Positions 7,178 to 11,284 of a stretch of 11,284 bases of DNA are shown piece after piece (position 1 is the stretch's first letter; every line of letters begins with the position of its first letter). The stretch comes from a bacterium (lineage in GTDB: Bacteria; Zhuqueibacterota; Zhuqueibacteria; Zhuqueibacterales; Zhuqueibacteraceae): positions 1 to 11,284 of the forward strand of contig JBIOXB010000240.1 of NCBI GenBank assembly GCA_044869275.1. The letters run 5' to 3'. The notes beneath the pieces were generated by a model. That model did no database searches, was not told where the DNA came from, and saw only the letters and a program-made list of their open reading frames with translations. A program made the translations under genes and the position numbers.

Positions 7178-8563
7178 ATGACCATGAATACGTTTGACCT
7201 CAATCTCGACATCATGCGTAAATACGACCGGCCCGGGCCGCGCTACACCAGCTACCCCACGGCGCCGCACTTCCATGAGAGCTTTGGCGCGGAGTCCTTT
7301 TTTGCCGAGATCGTACACAGCAACCAGAACACCAACCGCGGGCTGTCGCTTTACTTTCACCTGCCTTTTTGCGATACGTTGTGCTACTTTTGCGCGTGCA
7401 ACATGATCATCACCCACAATCCCAAGCGCATCGATCAGTATCTCGATCATCTCGAGCCGGAAATTGCCATGATGAGCCGCCTCATCGATCCGGCACGCAA
7501 AGTGGAGCAGTTACATTGGGGCGGCGGCACGCCGACTTATTTGGCGCCCGAGCAGACGGCGCGCCTGGGCCGCTTCATTCATGAGCATTTCAGTTTTGCG
7601 GCAAATGCCGAAGTGAGCGTGGAAATAGATCCGCGCGGCCTCGAACGCGCGCATCTCGAAGCCTTGCGCGAGGCCGGGTTCAACCGCGCCAGCCTGGGGG
7701 TGCAAGATTTCAATCACGAGGTGCAAGTGGCGGTGAACCGCGTGCAGCCCTACGATCTCACCTGTTGGACGGTCGAAACCTTGCGCGAGCTGGGATTCAA
7801 CAGCATCAATTTGGATTTGATCTACGGCCTGCCTTTTCAAACCGAAGCGACCTTTGCAGAAACACTGCACACCATTCTGGCGATGCAGCCGGACCGTCTG
7901 GCCATCTTCAATTATGCCCACGTGCCGTGGATGAAGAAACATCAGAAAATGATTCCCACGGACAAACTGCCCGCGCCGGAGGTGAAACTGCGCATGCTCA
8001 AGCGCACCATCGAAACGCTGCATCAGGCCGGCTATATTTATATCGGCATGGATCATTTCGCCAAGCCCGAAGACGAGCTGGCCGTGGCGCAACGCGAAGG
8101 CTTGCTGCACCGCAATTTTCAGGGATATTCCACCCACGCCGATTGCGACCTTTATGCCTTCGGCATCACCGGCATCAGCATGCTCGAAAACGTGTACGCG
8201 CAAAACGTCAAGGAATTGGGGCATTACTACAAGCGCGTGAGCGGGCGGCAGCTCGCTACCGAGCGCGGATACCGGCTGTCTTGGGATGATCAATTGCGCC
8301 GGTACGTGATCAACAAATTGATGTGCGACATGCGGCTCGATCTGACTGCCATCGGCAACGCTTTCGGCATAAATTTTCATGAATACTTCCGCCCGTCGTT
8401 GGAACGGCTGCGTGCATGCGAAGCAGACGGCCTGCTCACGATCAATCGCAAAACCATCGAAGTCAGCATGCTCGGCCGCCTGTTGATTCGCAACATTGCC
8501 ATGGCCTTTGATGCGTATTTGCCCGAAAAGCAAACCCAGCCGCTGTATTCTCGCACGGTTTGA
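7178..8563 (+). CDS. hemN: Oxygen-independent coproporphyrinogen III oxidase (radical SAM dehydrogenase, CgdH)
   Basis: GPRYTSYPTA N-terminal motif, HLPFCDTLCYFCAC (CxxxCxxC), HWGGGTPT, and YIGMDHF..LHRNFQGY. These mark true HemN rather than the HemW chaperone. Alternative ATG at 7184. Confidence 0.97.
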   Translation: MTMNTFDLNLDIMRKYDRPGPRYTSYPTAPHFHESFGAESFFAEIVHSNQNTNRGLSLYFHLPFCDTLCYFCACNMIITHNPKRIDQYLDHLEPEIAMMSRLIDPARKVEQLHWGGGTPTYLAPEQTARLGRFIHEHFSFAANAEVSVEIDPRGLERAHLEALREAGFNRASLGVQDFNHEVQVAVNRVQPYDLTCWTVETLRELGFNSINLDLIYGLPFQTEATFAETLHTILAMQPDRLAIFNYAHVPWMKKHQKMIPTDKLPAPEVKLRMLKRTIETLHQAGYIYIGMDHFAKPEDELAVAQREGLLHRNFQGYSTHADCDLYAFGITGISMLENVYAQNVKELGHYYKRVSGRQLATERGYRLSWDDQLRRYVINKLMCDMRLDLTAIGNAFGINFHEYFRPSLERLRACEADGLLTINRKTIEVSMLGRLLIRNIAMAFDAYLPEKQTQPLYSRTV

Positions 8564-8590
8564 GCTTGCCACACTGGCATGGATGGTCGC

Positions 8591-10021
8591 ATGATTGAAG
8601 AAAACCCCACAGATGCCCTCATCGTCGGCGCCGGCATTTCCGGACTCGCTTGTGCGGCCTGGCTGCGGAGCAAAGGTCTCGCTGTCACAGTGCTGGAATC
8701 GAATGATAAACCCGGCGGCGTGATGCGTTCGGAGCAGCACGGCGGATTTCTAATCGAAACCGGTCCCAACAGCCTGCTCGACACCTCGCCGCGCATTGAT
8801 GAGCTCATCGCACTCGCCGGCCTGCAAAATGAAAAGGTTGCTGCGAATGACCAGGCCCAGCGGCGGTATATTTTGAAGAACGGCACGCTGCAGCCTTTGC
8901 CGATGAATCCGTTCGCGTTTTTGCGCACGCCGCTGTTCAGCGCGTCCGCCAAGCTAAGGCTGTTGCGCGAGCCTTTCATTCCTCCTGTGGAAGGAGAGCA
9001 AGATGAATCTATTGCTGCGTTCGTGCGGCGGCGCTTGGGAAAGGAATTTCTCGATTACGCCATCGATCCGTTCGTCGCCGGGGTATATGCCGGCGATCCT
9101 GAGCATCTGAGCGTCGCGGCCGCCTTCCCCAAGCTCAAGGCGCTGGAGGCGAACTATGGCAGCCTCATTCGCGGTGCGATACGCGGGCGCAAAGCACGGG
9201 CGCAGCGCGAGGAAAAGGCCAAGAATGCCGCGGCGATGATTTCATTCCGCCGGGGACTGGGCCAGCTTACAGCGACGCTTGCCCGGCAATTGGATCAACG
9301 CATTCATTACCTGGTCTCGAATCTTCAAATTGAACGCGATCCCATTGATTTATCCTGGCGGCTCAATTTTTGGAAGCAAGGCAGACATCATGCCGTGCAG
9401 GCGACACACCTCGTGCTCACCGTGCCGGCAAATGGCTTGGAAGAAATCACCACCGGCACGCTGGCGCAAGCCTGCCGACCCTTCTCGGAAATCCCTTATG
9501 CGCCGATTGCCGTGGTCACTGCCGGCTGCAAGCGTGAACACGTTACACATCCCTTGGACGGCTTTGGCTATCTCGTTCCGCGCAAAGAGGGCCGCAAGAT
9601 TCTGGGCATGCTGTGGAATTCCTCGATTTTTCCGGAGCGCGCGCCGCACGATCATGCGCTGACCACGACTTTCATCGGCGGGGCGCGGCAACCCGAGCTG
9701 GCGCTCTTACCGGACGACGAGCTGATCGCCATCGCCGTTACCGAGCTGCGGCTGCGCCTGGGCCTGCGCGAATCGCCGGTCTTTCTGCACGTGCGCAAGT
9801 ATGCCGCCGCGATTCCGCAATACGCGCTCGGGCATCAACGCTTCCAACGCTTGCTGGAACAAATCGAACGCGAGTATCCGGGACTGCACTTTGCAACGAA
9901 TTATCGCGACGGTGTTTCCGTCAGCGATTGCATCGTGCGCGCGCATCGCATGGCGGAAGCGATAGCCGGCCAGCACATGCGAGCGCCACAGCCGGCGTTT
10001 ACACGCGCAGAAGCTGGATAA
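8591..10021 (+). CDS. hemY: FAD-dependent protoporphyrinogen oxidase, HemY/PgoX type (often annotated hemG)
   Basis: IVGAGISGL dinucleotide-binding motif, IETGPNS, DPFVAGVYAGDPEHLS, LDGFGYLVP, WNSSIFPERAP, AIPQY..GH, GVSVSDCI. ATG 8591 is preceded by GGATGG; alternative ATG at 8579. Confidence 0.93.
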   Translation: MIEENPTDALIVGAGISGLACAAWLRSKGLAVTVLESNDKPGGVMRSEQHGGFLIETGPNSLLDTSPRIDELIALAGLQNEKVAANDQAQRRYILKNGTLQPLPMNPFAFLRTPLFSASAKLRLLREPFIPPVEGEQDESIAAFVRRRLGKEFLDYAIDPFVAGVYAGDPEHLSVAAAFPKLKALEANYGSLIRGAIRGRKARAQREEKAKNAAAMISFRRGLGQLTATLARQLDQRIHYLVSNLQIERDPIDLSWRLNFWKQGRHHAVQATHLVLTVPANGLEEITTGTLAQACRPFSEIPYAPIAVVTAGCKREHVTHPLDGFGYLVPRKEGRKILGMLWNSSIFPERAPHDHALTTTFIGGARQPELALLPDDELIAIAVTELRLRLGLRESPVFLHVRKYAAAIPQYALGHQRFQRLLEQIEREYPGLHFATNYRDGVSVSDCIVRAHRMAEAIAGQHMRAPQPAFTRAEAG

Positions 10022-10050
10022 CACCCCATCTCGGCTTGTGATTCTGGGCA

Positions 10051-10118
10051 GGCAAAGTAATTTGACGCGATGCTATTAAGGTCTGCGAGACAATGACTTT
10101 GCCGTGAATGACCTTGCC
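10051..10118. repeat. 12-mer present three times (one inverted, two direct) in the hemY-hemB spacer
   Basis: GGCAAAGTAATT (10051-10062), AATGACTTTGCC (10092-10103), AATGACCTTGCC (10107-10118). Confidence 0.65.
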
Positions 10119-10182
10119 TTGATTTTTTTCATTCGCGATTCCCACTTGCATGGGTTAGTCATAACAATTCGGAGATGCCACT

Positions 10183-11154
10183 TTGTTTACGCCTCTTATT
10201 CGCCCGCGCCGGTTACGTCTGACGCCGGCGATGCGCAGTATGGTGCGCGAAACCCAATTGCAGCCTGGCGATTTCATCTATCCGCTGTTTATCCGGCACG
10301 GCCGCGGCGTGCGCGCGCCCATCGCCAGCTTGCCGGGGCAGTTTCAATTGTCGATCGACGAAGCGGTAAAGGAGTTGAAACGCGCGCAAAGCCTGCACGT
10401 GCCCGCCGTGATTCTCTTCGGCATCCCGGCGCAGAAGGATGCGACCGGTTCGGAATCCTATGACCCGGAGGGCGTCATTCAAAGAGCCATTCGCGTCTTC
10501 AAAGACGCCGCACCGGAGATGACGATCATTGCCGACGTCTGCTTTTGCGAATACACCGACCACGGCCATTGCGGCGTGGTGGAAAACAAGATCGTCGACA
10601 ACGACAAAACTCTCGCGCTGCTCGCCAAGCAAGTGCTGGCACAGGCAGAAGCGGGCGTGGACATGGTCGCGCCCTCAGGCATGATGGACGGCATGGTCGG
10701 CGCCATACGTGAAGCCCTGGACGCGCACCACTTTACCCATCTTCCCATCTTGAGTTATTCCGCCAAGTATGCCTCGAGTTTTTACGGGCCGTTTCGTGAG
10801 GCAGCCGAATCGGCGCCGAAATTCGGCGACCGGCGCACGCATCAAATGGACCCCGCCAACGTGCGCGAAGCGTTGCGCGAATGCGAGCTGGACGTCAACG
10901 AAGGCGCGGACATGTTGATGGTGAAGCCCGCGCTGGCGTTTTTGGACGTCATACGCGCGGTCAAAGAACGCTTCGATCTGCCGCTGGCGGCGTACAACGT
11001 GAGCGGCGAATATGCCATGGTCAAAGCCGCAGCGCAAAACGGCTGGATCGATGAGCAACGCGTGACCTTGGAAATCTTGACCTCGATCAAGCGCGCTGGC
11101 GCCGACGTTATCTTGACCTATCACGCACTCGAAGCGGCGGAATGGCTGGCATAG
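10183..11154 (+). CDS. hemB: Porphobilinogen synthase (delta-aminolevulinate dehydratase), Zn-binding type
   Basis: RPRRLR, the Zn-ligand motif [22 protein letters not shown], Schiff-base lysines in [14 protein letters not shown] and [16 protein letters not shown] start lies 8 nt after GGAG (10171-10174). Confidence 0.97.
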   Translation: MFTPLIRPRRLRLTPAMRSMVRETQLQPGDFIYPLFIRHGRGVRAPIASLPGQFQLSIDEAVKELKRAQSLHVPAVILFGIPAQKDATGSESYDPEGVIQRAIRVFKDAAPEMTIIADVCFCEYTDHGHCGVVENKIVDNDKTLALLAKQVLAQAEAGVDMVAPSGMMDGMVGAIREALDAHHFTHLPILSYSAKYASSFYGPFREAAESAPKFGDRRTHQMDPANVREALRECELDVNEGADMLMVKPALAFLDVIRAVKERFDLPLAAYNVSGEYAMVKAAAQNGWIDEQRVTLEILTSIKRAGADVILTYHALEAAEWLA

Positions 11155-11249
11155 GGTGAAGGGGAGAGTGGGTGAGTGGGGGACGGGGAGAGTGGGAGAG
11201 TGGGAGACGGGGAGACGGGGAGAGTGGGAGACGGGGAGAGTGGGATGAG
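11154..11249. repeat. Purine-rich octamer tandem array, 12 units (GGGAGAGT/GGGAGACG variants)
   Basis: GGG tracts start exactly every 8 nt from 11154 to 11242. Units: GGGTGAAG, GGGAGAGT, GGGTGAGT, GGGGGACG, GGGAGAGT x2, GGGAGACG x2, GGGAGAGT, GGGAGACG, GGGAGAGT, GGGATGAG. Confidence 0.93.
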
Positions 11250-11256
11250 GAGAGAT

Positions 11257-11284
11257 ATGGGATATTGTCAGGCAGGGAAACGAG
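11257..11284 (+). CDS. Possible 5' end of the next gene (MGYCQAGKR...), truncated by the window edge
   Basis: GAGGAG at 11247-11252, then ATG at 11257, open to the edge. Only 9 full codons are visible, so no function can be assigned. Confidence 0.3.

Noticed and set aside
7178..8563. Radical SAM protein as HemW or a novel RiPP-modifying enzyme
   Set aside because: It has the GPRYTSYP and RNFQGY motifs diagnostic of true HemN, sits in hem context, and no precursor peptide is nearby.
7511..8740. 409-aa minus-strand ORF and other short overlapping ORFs
   Set aside because: Antisense or alternate-frame shadows of well-supported hem genes.
10062..10079. TTGACG...TATTAA as a sigma70 promoter for hemB
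   Set aside because: The spacing is only 6 nt, incompatible with -35/-10 geometry.
11154..11249. CRISPR array or telomere-like repeat
   Set aside because: The units are 8 nt with no spacers and no cas genes are present; ordinary sequence resumes after the array.

Overview
GC-rich bacterial window with all real genes on the + strand. It holds an orphan ~800-aa duplicated MacB/FtsX-type ABC permease (174-2582) followed by a compact heme biosynthesis cluster: hemA-hemC-hemD-hemE-hemN-hemY/hemG-hemB (2901-11154). hemL and ferrochelatase are not in the window. The coding content is mostly ordinary housekeeping, and I cannot support a novel protein system. The unusual signals are non-coding or junctional: (i) a probable IS3-like terminal inverted repeat at the left edge, abutting a heptamer array; (ii) three different short-period tandem arrays in intergenic spaces (direct heptamers, an inverted heptamer pair, and a 12-unit GGG-octamer array with G-quadruplex potential); (iii) a long imperfect inverted repeat overlapping an extended -10 promoter before hemA; (iv) a thrice-repeated 12-mer with alternative pairing before hemB; (v) a 98-nt hemA/hemC overlap. 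All calls come from reading the sequence; no searches or folding computations were run.
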